From Solirubrobacteraceae bacterium (GTDB lineage Bacteria > Actinomycetota > Thermoleophilia > Solirubrobacterales > Solirubrobacteraceae): a DNA stretch of 40,604 nt. Of this stretch, positions 28,628-37,517 are shown in pieces. The translations under genes were made by a program, and so were the position numbers. Positions within the stretch are counted from its first letter, which is position 1, and the number at the start of each line of letters is the position of its first letter. The notes under the pieces are model-generated. The model was not told where the DNA came from. It saw nothing but the letters and a program-made list of their open reading frames with translations, and made no database searches. The stretch lies in NCBI GenBank assembly GCA_036513815.1, contig DATBYI010000679.1:1-40604 (forward strand), in the 5' to 3' direction.

Positions 28628-29248
28628 ATGGCCGATCCAACTTCTGCCCGGCGGCTGGACCCCGGCGCCGTCGTCGCACCGCACCAGCTGGTAGCGATCT
28701 CAGGCGAGTCGGTGAGCGTCCCCGACCCGGGGCAGCTGGTCCATCTTGAGCTGCGCCGGTTTGCCGGGTGTCCCATCTGCAACCTCCATCTGCGGTCGGT
28801 GGTGCAGCGCAAGGACGAGCTGGCCGCGGCGGGCATCGAGGAAGTGGTGGTGTTTCATTCGACCGACGAGGAGCTGCGCAAGTATCAGGCTGAGTTGCCG
28901 GTTGCGGTGATCGCGGATCCGGACAAGAAGCTCTATGCCGAGTTCGGCGTCGAGAAATCCCCGCGGGCCGTGCTCAATCCGCGGGCGTGGCCGGGGGTCG
29001 TCCGCGGGCTGGGCCGGACGATCGGCGCCGCGGTCGGCGGCAAGGAGAAGCTCCCGCCGATGAACCCCAAGAACGGCTCGTTCGGCCTCCCGGCCGACTT
29101 CCTGATCGCCTCTGACGGCCGCGTCATCGCGAGCAAGTACGGCGAGCACGCGTACGACCAGTGGACTGTGGATGAGGTGCTGGCGTTGGCCAGGGGCGCG
29201 GGCGCCGGCAACGGGCCCACGACCGCCGGAGCCCCGGCTTCCTCCTAA
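28628..29248 (+). CDS. AhpC/TSA-type peroxiredoxin-like (thioredoxin fold) protein
   Basis: RRFAGCPICN (CxxC), IADPDKKLY, GLPADFLI and HAYDQW. SD GGAGG before ATG 28628. Confidence 0.85.
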   Translation: MADPTSARRLDPGAVVAPHQLVAISGESVSVPDPGQLVHLELRRFAGCPICNLHLRSVVQRKDELAAAGIEEVVVFHSTDEELRKYQAELPVAVIADPDKKLYAEFGVEKSPRAVLNPRAWPGVVRGLGRTIGAAVGGKEKLPPMNPKNGSFGLPADFLIASDGRVIASKYGEHAYDQWTVDEVLALARGAGAGNGPTTAGAPASS

Positions 29249-29349
29249 CCACCGCTCGATTGGTGCCGTGCGGCGCGGATAAGATCCGCCCGAGCGAGCG
29301 GCTCGCAGCCGGGTGAGCCGCCGGTCACGGGCGACAGGAGAAAGAAAAC

Positions 29350-31074
29350 GTGAGTGACGATAGGCATCCTGCCGAGACCTACGACGTAGCGATCCTCGGT
29401 GGAGGGCTGGCCGGGTTGACGCTCGGGCTGCAGCTCAAAGAGCTGCGTCCCAACACCAGCATCTTCATTGCCGAGAAACGCCCTGGACGGGCACCCGAGG
29501 CCGCGTTCAAGGTCGGAGAGTCGACCCAGGAGATCGCCTGCAACTACTTCGGCGAGGTGCTCGGCCTGATGGAGCACATGGAGAACGATCAGATCCGCAA
29601 GTGCGGCTTGCGCTTCTGGTTCCCCGCGGGGGACAACAGCAGCCTGGCCGAACGGATCGAGCGTGGTCCGTCGGCGCACGCCCCCGTCCCGAGCTGGCAG
29701 TTCGACCGCGGCCGATTCGAGAACTACCTCGGGGACCGCGTCCTCGAGGCCGGGATTGATCTGTTCGGGGCCACTCGCGTGACCGACGTCGAGGTCGGAG
29801 ATCCGCACGTCGTGACGATCGCTCCCCGCGCCGGCGGGGATTCCTCGACGGTTAGAGCACGCTGGCTGATCGACGCCAGCGGTCGCTCGTGGATCCTCAA
29901 GCACAAGCTCGGTCTGCTCGAGGACAACGGTCACGTCGTCAACTCGTCGTGGTTCAGGCTGGCCGGCGGTCTCAACATCGAGGACTGGGCCGACCCCGGC
30001 GACGAGGAGTTCTTCGGGCGGATGTCAGAACGCGGCCTGCGCCAGTTCAGCACCAACCACCTGTGCGGCAAGGGCTACTGGATGTGGATGATCCCGCTCT
30101 CCTCAGGGTCGATCTCGATCGGGATCGTGGCCGATCCGCGCTTTCACGCGATGGACCAGATGGACACGCTGGACAAGACGATCGACTGGGTCCGGGAGCA
30201 CGAGCCGCAGCTCGGCGAGGCGGTCGACGAGCGGCGCGACCAGATCGAGGACTTCCTCAAGGTGGAGGACTTCTCCTACGGGTGCAAACAGGCCTTCTCC
30301 GGCCGCGACCGCTGGTGCCTGGTCGGCGAGGCGGGCGCGTTCCTCGACCCCTTCTACTCGCCCGGCTCGGATTTCATCGCCTTGTCCAACACGTTCACCA
30401 CGGACCTCGTCACTCGTGAGCTCGACGGGGAGGACGTGGTCAAGCGCGGCGAAGCGCACAACGACTTCTACCTGAACGCCTACCGCGTCCACCTCTCGCA
30501 GTACGAGGGCCAGTACGTGTTCTGGGACAACCCGGCGGTCATGAACGTAAAGATCAGCGGCAACAACATCTACTACTGGGGCTGCCTGGGACTGCTCTTC
30601 TTCCATCGCAAGCTCACCGACCTCGACGTCATGGCGGCGGTCCGACCCGACGTGGAACGGATGTGGTCGATCATCACCCGGCTCGAGCCGATGTACCGCG
30701 AATGGAACGAGCTCGAGCAGCGAGAGTGGCGGCGGGCGATGGTTCCCTCCTCTGCCTTCCCGGCCATGTTCGATCGCCACCGCGACATGATCGCCGGCTT
30801 CGATGACGAGGCGCTGAAGGCGCGGGCGGCGGCCAACGCCGATCTGCTCGAGGCGTACGCCGTGCTCGCCTTCAACCGGGCCGCACAGAACCTTGGAGAT
30901 GCGGCGCCCGGTGAGGACGTCAAGATCAATCCCTACGCGGTCAGCCTCGATCCCGAGCGCTGGGAGGCGGACGGGATGCTGGGGGGCGAGGGAATGACGG
31001 TGGCCGAAGCCCGCGAGACCGCAGCCGGCGGCATGGAGAACCTGTTCATGGAGGCCATCGCCCAACCTGCCTAG
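29350..31074 (+). CDS. Flavin-dependent halogenase 1
   Basis: LGGGLAG, KVGES, RKCGLRF (position of the catalytic Lys), FDRGRFE, DASGR, WMWMIP (WxWxIP) and FLDPFYSPG. Confidence 0.85.
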   Translation: MSDDRHPAETYDVAILGGGLAGLTLGLQLKELRPNTSIFIAEKRPGRAPEAAFKVGESTQEIACNYFGEVLGLMEHMENDQIRKCGLRFWFPAGDNSSLAERIERGPSAHAPVPSWQFDRGRFENYLGDRVLEAGIDLFGATRVTDVEVGDPHVVTIAPRAGGDSSTVRARWLIDASGRSWILKHKLGLLEDNGHVVNSSWFRLAGGLNIEDWADPGDEEFFGRMSERGLRQFSTNHLCGKGYWMWMIPLSSGSISIGIVADPRFHAMDQMDTLDKTIDWVREHEPQLGEAVDERRDQIEDFLKVEDFSYGCKQAFSGRDRWCLVGEAGAFLDPFYSPGSDFIALSNTFTTDLVTRELDGEDVVKRGEAHNDFYLNAYRVHLSQYEGQYVFWDNPAVMNVKISGNNIYYWGCLGLLFFHRKLTDLDVMAAVRPDVERMWSIITRLEPMYREWNELEQREWRRAMVPSSAFPAMFDRHRDMIAGFDDEALKARAAANADLLEAYAVLAFNRAAQNLGDAAPGEDVKINPYAVSLDPERWEADGMLGGEGMTVAEARETAAGGMENLFMEAIAQPA

Positions 31075-31095
31075 AGCCGGTTGCCCGCTTAAGCG

Positions 31096-31124
31096 TCACG
31101 CCCCCGCTGCGAGCGGGGGCGTGA
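31096..31124. terminator. Bidirectional terminator-like hairpin between convergent genes
   Basis: Perfect 13-bp stem TCACGCCCCCGCT / AGCGGGGGCGTGA. Confidence 0.75.
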
Positions 31125-31149
31125 TCGCTACGGCAGTTGCGGTGAGTTC

Positions 31150-32463
31150 CTAGAAGACGCCGAGACCCGACACGCCGTTCGGCAGACCGCCGGCCGACTG
31201 GATCATCGTCAGGCTGCCGCCCGGGCCGATCTTGTACACGTCGAGCTGGCTCGGGCCGCCCACGATGAACGGGACGAGCTCGTACAGATACCGGCCGTCG
31301 CTGCTGAGTGCCTCTTCACCCGGGAATCCCGGCCCGGTGTTGGTCTGCCCGATCAGGGTGAGCCGCCCGTGGGGCGAGATCGCATAGGTGGAGATGCCAT
31401 CGTCGCCGGTGAGGATGCCGGCCGGCGATCCCGCCGGGCCCCCCAGCGTGTTGGCCACATATGCGTACCGGCCGTCCTTGCTGACCACGACCCAGCAGGC
31501 CGCGCGTCCGCCGCTCGGGAACGCGCCCTTGAACACGAGGTTACCCCCGGGATGCAGGCGGAACGAGTCGGTCGAACCGAAGAACTGAGCCGGGTCCGCC
31601 GGGTTGGGCGGCGAACCGCCCGGGTTTGCCGCGGTGCCCGATGGGGTCTCCACGAATCCCGCGTCGGTAACCAGCAGGTTGCTCGGTCCGTCGAACGCGA
31701 ACCCGAAAGGATTCGGCGTCGGCGCGAGGTGTCCGACGGCGTGTCCCGCCACGCCCGCCCAGTTGACCGCGAACGTGTCGATCGCGCCGTTCGGCGCCGG
31801 CAGCCCGCGCTCGGTGACGACCAGCTGGCGGCCATCGGGCGCGAACCCGATTTCCGCCGCCACGGTGGTCGGGAACGTCGTCGAGAGCGACTGGGACGAT
31901 CCCGAGATCGGCGTGAGCTGACCGCTCGGCGAGAAGTGCCACCCGAAGATGTTGCTGCTCTCCTCGTTGACCACGTAGAGCACGTTGCCGTGGGTGGTCA
32001 CGCTGATCGGCAGCGTCCCCTGGGAGGGCACGTGAGAGACGAGCTTCGGTCCCGACGCGGTGATCTGGAACGAGCTGATGCTGTTATCCCCCGCGTTGAC
32101 CACGAACAGCAACCGGCCGTCCTGAGTCAGGTTCATCGCGCCGGCGCTGTCTACGATCGGGAACCCGAACGGTGGCTCCGAAGCGGCGCCGAGGCCGCCC
32201 GTCGCCACGGAGCCGGTCTGGGTGATCGTCCCGTTGGCGCTGCGTCGGTAGACGATCACGGAGTTGCCCGCTGGATCGTTGCTCATCGTGTAGACGGCGG
32301 ACAGGTTGGCGCTGCCCTGGTTGCCGCCCACGTTGTGATGGCCACGGTGATTGGCCCTCGCGTGCTGATGCGCCAGTGCGCTGGCCGGTAGGAGAAAGAG
32401 CGCGGCAGCCGCCAGCGCTCCCAGTGGCCGCGCCAAGCGCGCGGCGGTACGTCGGGATCCCAT
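31150..32463 (-). CDS. Secreted beta-propeller protein (lactonase/cycloisomerase-2-like), paralogue 3
   Basis: Signal peptide ending ASALA followed by a His-rich stretch; VYTMSNDPAGNS, PPFGFPI, DGRLLFVVNAGDNSISSF, AACWVVVSKDGRY and LSSDGRYLY. Confidence 0.87.
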   Translation of the reverse strand: MGSRRTAARLARPLGALAAAALFLLPASALAHQHARANHRGHHNVGGNQGSANLSAVYTMSNDPAGNSVIVYRRSANGTITQTGSVATGGLGAASEPPFGFPIVDSAGAMNLTQDGRLLFVVNAGDNSISSFQITASGPKLVSHVPSQGTLPISVTTHGNVLYVVNEESSNIFGWHFSPSGQLTPISGSSQSLSTTFPTTVAAEIGFAPDGRQLVVTERGLPAPNGAIDTFAVNWAGVAGHAVGHLAPTPNPFGFAFDGPSNLLVTDAGFVETPSGTAANPGGSPPNPADPAQFFGSTDSFRLHPGGNLVFKGAFPSGGRAACWVVVSKDGRYAYVANTLGGPAGSPAGILTGDDGISTYAISPHGRLTLIGQTNTGPGFPGEEALSSDGRYLYELVPFIVGGPSQLDVYKIGPGGSLTMIQSAGGLPNGVSGLGVF

Positions 32464-32556
32464 GATGCCCTCCGTTTGGGTGATAAAGCCCCGGCCGACT
32501 CTTCGGCCGTGAGGCGACGCTAACCCATCCCGCAGAAGCGAATGGTGAACTTGGGG

Positions 32557-34332
32557 TTAAACCAGGCTGGCCTCGCGACGCGCGGCCGCGAGATCGAGCG
32601 GGCGTGAGAGGGCGCGGAGCGCCGCGAGCTGCTCGCGAGCAGCGGTCTGACCGGAATCGAGGAATCGATCGCCGAGGTGGAAGTCGCGCCATTCGGCGGG
32701 ACCGAACCGGGGGGTGATGACGACATCCGCCAGGGCCGCATGCCGGGCGCTGGTGTCGAGCTGGCTCAGGTCCATCGCCTCCAGGATCGTGTCGAGCGGG
32801 CCATGGCGCCGTGGCTTGGCCGGCTCGGCCTCGGGCTCTTCTGGCACGCCCGGCCACTGCTCAAGCGACTCCGTGCCCAGCAGGTTGACCGACACGACGA
32901 TGTCCGCTCCGTCCTCGATCACGCCCGCGGTGGGGACCGGGACGAGCGCGATCGCGTCGATCAGCCGGTGTCCGTCACGCTCCTGGCTGGGGAACACTCC
33001 GGCCACCGACAGTGCCGCCAGGAGCGCCTCCCACAGCGGGCCCCTTCGCTGCGCCACCGGCGTGCGGGCGGTGAGATCAACCGCCATGATCACGAGCGGG
33101 ATCTTCGTGTGTGAGAAGAACGCGCCCTTGGTCGCCTCCTTGAGCATCCCGGTGAGCGTCTCGAGTCCGACCCTTCCGACCAGCGGCGACTTGAACAGCT
33201 GGGAGACGTTCTCGGGGCTGAACGTGTCGCGGAAGCGCTCGTCGATCTCGGTCGCGCCGTAGCCGAGCGCGAGCTGGCTGGCCACGAAGCCGCCGATGCT
33301 GCTCCCACCGACGTAGTCGACGGTGTAGCCCGCCCCCTCGAGCGTCTGGAGCACGCCGACGTGCGCGTAGCCCTTGGCTCCCCCGGCACCGAGCGCCAGC
33401 CCGAGCTTGGTGCGCGTCAGATGGCGCGCGATCCACGCAAGATCGGCGTCGGCCAGGGGGAAATCGGGTTGGCGCGGGCACTCGCGCACGACGAGCCTGA
33501 GCGCGCCGGGATGCCACATCTGGCTTGCCTGGCGCGCTTCGTTGGAGACGAGAACGATCTCCAGCCGCCGCCCCTCGGCGTCCTCCGCGACGCGTCCCAG
33601 GCGGTTCGCCTCGTCAGCGTTGCCGACGAGCGCCACCACCCGGTCGGTCTCGTCGAGCAGCACCGCGACGGTGTCTGGGTCGAATTCGCTCGGGATCAGT
33701 ACGGTGCTCGACTCACCCGCCAGCTCATCCGACGCGGTCAGCGCGCCGGCCAGCGACAGCGAGCGGTCCAGTACGACCACTCCGCGGGCGCTCGCGGTCC
33801 GCGCGGCGGCGACGATCTGGCTCACCACCCCCTTCAGGGACGGCCCCGCGATCACCCCGATCTCCTCGCCGCGGGTGGAGGTGCTGCGGACGCTGGCGCT
33901 GAACAGCGCTGCGCTCCGGGCGCTGGCTCGGAACAGCCGCTCGCGCTGCGTCTGGATCACGTTGATCAGGATCCGCGGGAATTGCGCGGCCAGCTCGAGG
34001 AGGTCGCCGGCGTCGAGCTCGAGCGTGTCGGTGATCGTGCTCGCCAGCACGGTCGCCGTCCGCTCGGTGCGGGTGATCGCGTCCTGGGCGCCGATCACGT
34101 CGCCCTTGCGCATGCGCAGCTCGATCTCGCCGCCACCGGCGGTGGTCCCCGCCTTCCAGATGACAAGTCCGCCGGTGATCAGCCAGATCCGGTCGCTCTG
34201 ATCCCCCGCCGCGCAAAGCTGCTCGCCGGGGGTGAACTGCCGTGGCCGCATGCGCGCGGCGACAACCTCGAGCTCGGCATCCGTCAGTCCGTTGAAGAGG
34301 GCGCTCGCTCCGAGCGAGACATCACGTGCCAC
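32557..34332 (-). CDS. Cyclic-nucleotide-binding domain plus patatin-like hydrolase (NTE/RssA-like)
   Basis: N-terminal LFNGL..GDQSDRIWLI..RTATV; patatin motifs LGAGGAKGYAHVG, GSSIG (GxSxG) and LIDA in place of DGG. Confidence 0.88.
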   Translation of the reverse strand: MARDVSLGASALFNGLTDAELEVVAARMRPRQFTPGEQLCAAGDQSDRIWLITGGLVIWKAGTTAGGGEIELRMRKGDVIGAQDAITRTERTATVLASTITDTLELDAGDLLELAAQFPRILINVIQTQRERLFRASARSAALFSASVRSTSTRGEEIGVIAGPSLKGVVSQIVAAARTASARGVVVLDRSLSLAGALTASDELAGESSTVLIPSEFDPDTVAVLLDETDRVVALVGNADEANRLGRVAEDAEGRRLEIVLVSNEARQASQMWHPGALRLVVRECPRQPDFPLADADLAWIARHLTRTKLGLALGAGGAKGYAHVGVLQTLEGAGYTVDYVGGSSIGGFVASQLALGYGATEIDERFRDTFSPENVSQLFKSPLVGRVGLETLTGMLKEATKGAFFSHTKIPLVIMAVDLTARTPVAQRRGPLWEALLAALSVAGVFPSQERDGHRLIDAIALVPVPTAGVIEDGADIVVSVNLLGTESLEQWPGVPEEPEAEPAKPRRHGPLDTILEAMDLSQLDTSARHAALADVVITPRFGPAEWRDFHLGDRFLDSGQTAAREQLAALRALSRPLDLAAARREASLV

Positions 34333-34449
34333 TAGAAACCCGCCCCGGAGATCATCCCGGGGCAGCGTAAGCGCGCGGTGGCGACTACGTCAAGCCGGGT
34401 CAAAAAGACCACAGTTGCCGGAGTGGGCGCGTATAGACTCACCCGCGAC

Positions 34450-35469
34450 ATGGGCGCGAGTGAACAGCGGGCCGCATCCGGAAGCCTTCCGATCGTCACC
34501 GGCAAGAAGCTGATGCTGTTCTCCGGGCGGGCCAACCCGGAGCTGGCGGGCGCGATCGGGCACCGGCTCGGGATCGAGCTCGGTCACATCACGCTCAAGA
34601 CGTTCTCGGCCGGCGAGGTCTATTGCCGGATCGACGAGTCGGTCCGGGGCGCGGACGTGTTCATCGTGCAGCCCACCTGCGCCAATCCGGAGACCGGGGT
34701 CACCGCCAACGACGCGATGATGGAGCTGCTGGTCATGATCGACGCCGCCGTCGGCGCCTCGGCCCACCGGGTGATCGCGGTGATGCCCTGGTACGGCTAC
34801 TCCCGCCAGGACAAGAAGTCGGCCCTCCGCGAGCCGATCACGGCGCGGCTCGTGGCGCAACTGCTCGAGACCGCGGGAATCGACCGAATGCTCACGATCG
34901 ACCTGCACGCCGGACAGGTTCAGGGCTTCTTCCGCAAGCCGGTCGACCACATGACCGCGCTCCTGTTGATCGCCGACTACTTCCGGGGACTCGAGCTCGA
35001 CGATCTCGTCGTGGTTGCCCCGGACGTGGGCCGGGTGAAGCTGAATCACAAGTTCGCCGACCTGGTCGGCGCCGATCTGGCCTTGATGACCAAGGACCGC
35101 CCGGCGCAACAGGTGGCCGAGATCGGCTACGTGATCGGCGACGTGCGCGGCAAGACGGCGGTCATCCTCGACGACATCATCGATACCGCCGGCACGTTGA
35201 CCGCGGCCGGACAGACCGTCCTTGACGAGGGCGCGGCGCGCGTGTTCGCCGCGTGCACCCACGCGGTGTTCTCGGGTCAGGCCTACGAGCGGCTGGCCAA
35301 CTCGCCGTTCGAGCAGGTGGTCGTGACCGACACCCTTCCGCTCCGGCCGGGGGCGCCCGACAACGTCGTGGTCCTGTCGACTGCGTCGCTCCTCGCCGAC
35401 ACGATCCGCCAGATCTTCACCGACGGGTCGGTCAGCGCCGTGTTCGGCGGCGAGAACCAGCTGTTCTGA
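34450..35469 (+). CDS. prs: Ribose-phosphate pyrophosphokinase (PRPP synthetase)
   Basis: SVRGADVFIVQ, PWYGYSRQDKK, DLHAGQVQGFF, VAPDVG, ILDDIIDTAGT and CTHAVFSG. Start at ATG 34450. Confidence 0.95.
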   Translation: MGASEQRAASGSLPIVTGKKLMLFSGRANPELAGAIGHRLGIELGHITLKTFSAGEVYCRIDESVRGADVFIVQPTCANPETGVTANDAMMELLVMIDAAVGASAHRVIAVMPWYGYSRQDKKSALREPITARLVAQLLETAGIDRMLTIDLHAGQVQGFFRKPVDHMTALLLIADYFRGLELDDLVVVAPDVGRVKLNHKFADLVGADLALMTKDRPAQQVAEIGYVIGDVRGKTAVILDDIIDTAGTLTAAGQTVLDEGAARVFAACTHAVFSGQAYERLANSPFEQVVVTDTLPLRPGAPDNVVVLSTASLLADTIRQIFTDGSVSAVFGGENQLF

Positions 35470-35496
35470 GGTCTGACCGGGGCGCCGGCTGTGCCC

Positions 35497-35518
35497 CGCC
35501 GGGCATGGATGCCCGGCG
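35497..35518 (+). terminator. Hairpin after prs
   Basis: CGCCGGGCAT GG ATGCCCGGCG inverted repeat about 28 bp after the stop. Confidence 0.5.
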
Positions 35519-35720
35519 TAACGGCCCCACGGACGCCGACCGCAGGGAGGCCCATGAACAGGCCATGAACGGCGCTTGCGCGAGTTGCAGCCCGGTTGTC
35601 GTTCCGTCATGATCGCCAAGACGTGGACCGACTAGGGGGTTGCAACCGGGGCTCGGTGACGCCGACGGCGCATCGTCGGCGCGTCGGTCGCTGTGACCCA
35701 GACCAAACGAGGAGGGGCTG

Positions 35721-37472
35721 ATGGCAGACGACCGTTCGGCGTCGATGCTCGAGACGATGGCGATCGACGCACCGCACGGCCACTACGACGTTGCGGTTCT
35801 CGGCGGCGGACTGGCCGGGCTGACGATCGCGATTCAGCTCAAGCGTGAGCGCCCCGAAACGCGCGTTTTGGTCACCGACAAGCGGGCCGAGCCGGCGCCC
35901 GAAGCGGCCTTCAAGGTCGGTGAGTCGAGCGTGGAGATCGGTGCTTACTACTACCGCGAGATGGTCGGGATGCGCGACCACCTCGAGCGCTACCAGCAGC
36001 GCAAGCTCGGTCTGCGCTTCTTCCTTCCGGCCGGCGATAACTCCGACATCACCAAGCGCGTCGAGTTCTGCACTCCCGGTCACCTCGATGCGTTCACCCA
36101 TCAGATCGATCGCGGCCGGTTCGAGAACGAGCTGTTCCGGCGAGCCAAGAAGGTGGGCGCGGATGCGTTCCGGGGCTGGCGGGTGCAGGACGTGTCGCTC
36201 GGGGAGGACAGGCACACGATCCTCATGTCGCAGGACGACGAGGAGTGCATCGCCACCGCGCGTTGGATCGTCGATGCTTCCGGGCGCGCGAACATCCTGC
36301 GGCGCAAATTGGATTTGGGTGCCGGGGTCGACACTGGTCACCGCGCCAATGCGGCGTGGATCCGGCTCGCCGGCGGTCTCGACTTCGAGGATTGGACCGA
36401 TGACGAGGAGTGGCTGGGCCGGATGCCCGAGAAGGGCCTGCGGATCCACTCGACTTCGCATTTGATTCAGCCGGGGTACTGGCTCTGGCTGATCCAGCTC
36501 GAGTCGGGGCCGATCTCGATCGGCGTGTGCGCCGATCCGCGCTTCCACCCGTGGGAGGAGATCAACAGTTTCGAGGCGTTCATGGAGTGGATGAAGCGCA
36601 ACGAGCCCCAGCTTCACGCCGAGATCGACGGCCGGCGCGAGGACGTGCTCGACTTCCTGCGCGTCCAGGACTTCTCGTACGGGTCGACCCGCTTCTTCTC
36701 GCCTGAGCGCTGGACCCTCGTGGGCGAGGCCGGAGGGTTCCTCGACGCGCTCTACTCGCCGGGGTCGGACTTCATCGGTTTCTCGAACACGTTCAGTTGC
36801 GAGCTGATCGAGCGGGAGCTCAATGGCGAGGACGTGACCGAGCTCGCGGAGTTCTACAACGACTTCTACCTCAACCTCTTCAACACGACGGCACACCTGT
36901 ACCGCGACAACTACCAGCTGTTCGGTAACCCGCAGGTGATGGTCCTCAAATTCGTGTACGACTCATCGACGTACTTCGTCGGCATCGGTAACGCGTGGTG
37001 TCACGGGCGGATGCGCAAGCCCGAGGACATCAAGCGCCTCGAGGGGATCGTGCACGAGGCGATCCAGATGATCCCCAAGATGCAGCAGCTGTTCCGCGAC
37101 TGGAACGCGATCGAGCAGACGCCGTTCGAGGGCGTCTCGGTCCTGTGCAACCAGCTGGCGCCGTATATCCAGGCGCAGGCGGAGATGGCGCGCCCGGCCG
37201 AGGGCGACGAGACGTTTGAGATCGCGCGGCGGAACCTGCAGTACCTCAAGGCGCTCGCGGTCTGGATCTTCCACCGGGCGGCCCGGAACCTGCCCGAGCA
37301 GCCGGACGAGAACCGGGGCATCAACTGGCTGGCGATCAGCCTGCATCCCGAGCGGTGGGAGGCCGACGGCCTGTACTCCGATGACGGGATCAGCCTCGTG
37401 CAGGCGCGCGAGATGCTGACGGGAATCGAGGAGATGGACCTCGAGGCGCGTGGGGCCGTGGTGGCGGCTTAG
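35721..37472 (+). CDS. Flavin-dependent halogenase 2
   Basis: LGGGLAG, KVGES, RKLGLRF, IDRGRFE, WLWLIQ (WxWxIP variant) and FLDALYSPG. Confidence 0.83.
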   Translation: MADDRSASMLETMAIDAPHGHYDVAVLGGGLAGLTIAIQLKRERPETRVLVTDKRAEPAPEAAFKVGESSVEIGAYYYREMVGMRDHLERYQQRKLGLRFFLPAGDNSDITKRVEFCTPGHLDAFTHQIDRGRFENELFRRAKKVGADAFRGWRVQDVSLGEDRHTILMSQDDEECIATARWIVDASGRANILRRKLDLGAGVDTGHRANAAWIRLAGGLDFEDWTDDEEWLGRMPEKGLRIHSTSHLIQPGYWLWLIQLESGPISIGVCADPRFHPWEEINSFEAFMEWMKRNEPQLHAEIDGRREDVLDFLRVQDFSYGSTRFFSPERWTLVGEAGGFLDALYSPGSDFIGFSNTFSCELIERELNGEDVTELAEFYNDFYLNLFNTTAHLYRDNYQLFGNPQVMVLKFVYDSSTYFVGIGNAWCHGRMRKPEDIKRLEGIVHEAIQMIPKMQQLFRDWNAIEQTPFEGVSVLCNQLAPYIQAQAEMARPAEGDETFEIARRNLQYLKALAVWIFHRAARNLPEQPDENRGINWLAISLHPERWEADGLYSDDGISLVQAREMLTGIEEMDLEARGAVVAA

Positions 37473-37517
37473 TTCCTTCGACAGTGGATCTGACAATTAC
37501 GCAAGAAGGAGTGCAAC

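Noticed and set aside
32557-34332. CBASS/Pycsar-type defence effector (patatin plus cNMP domain)
   Set aside because: No adjacent CD-NTase or PycC-like cyclase; the architecture matches the common NTE/RssA-like family.
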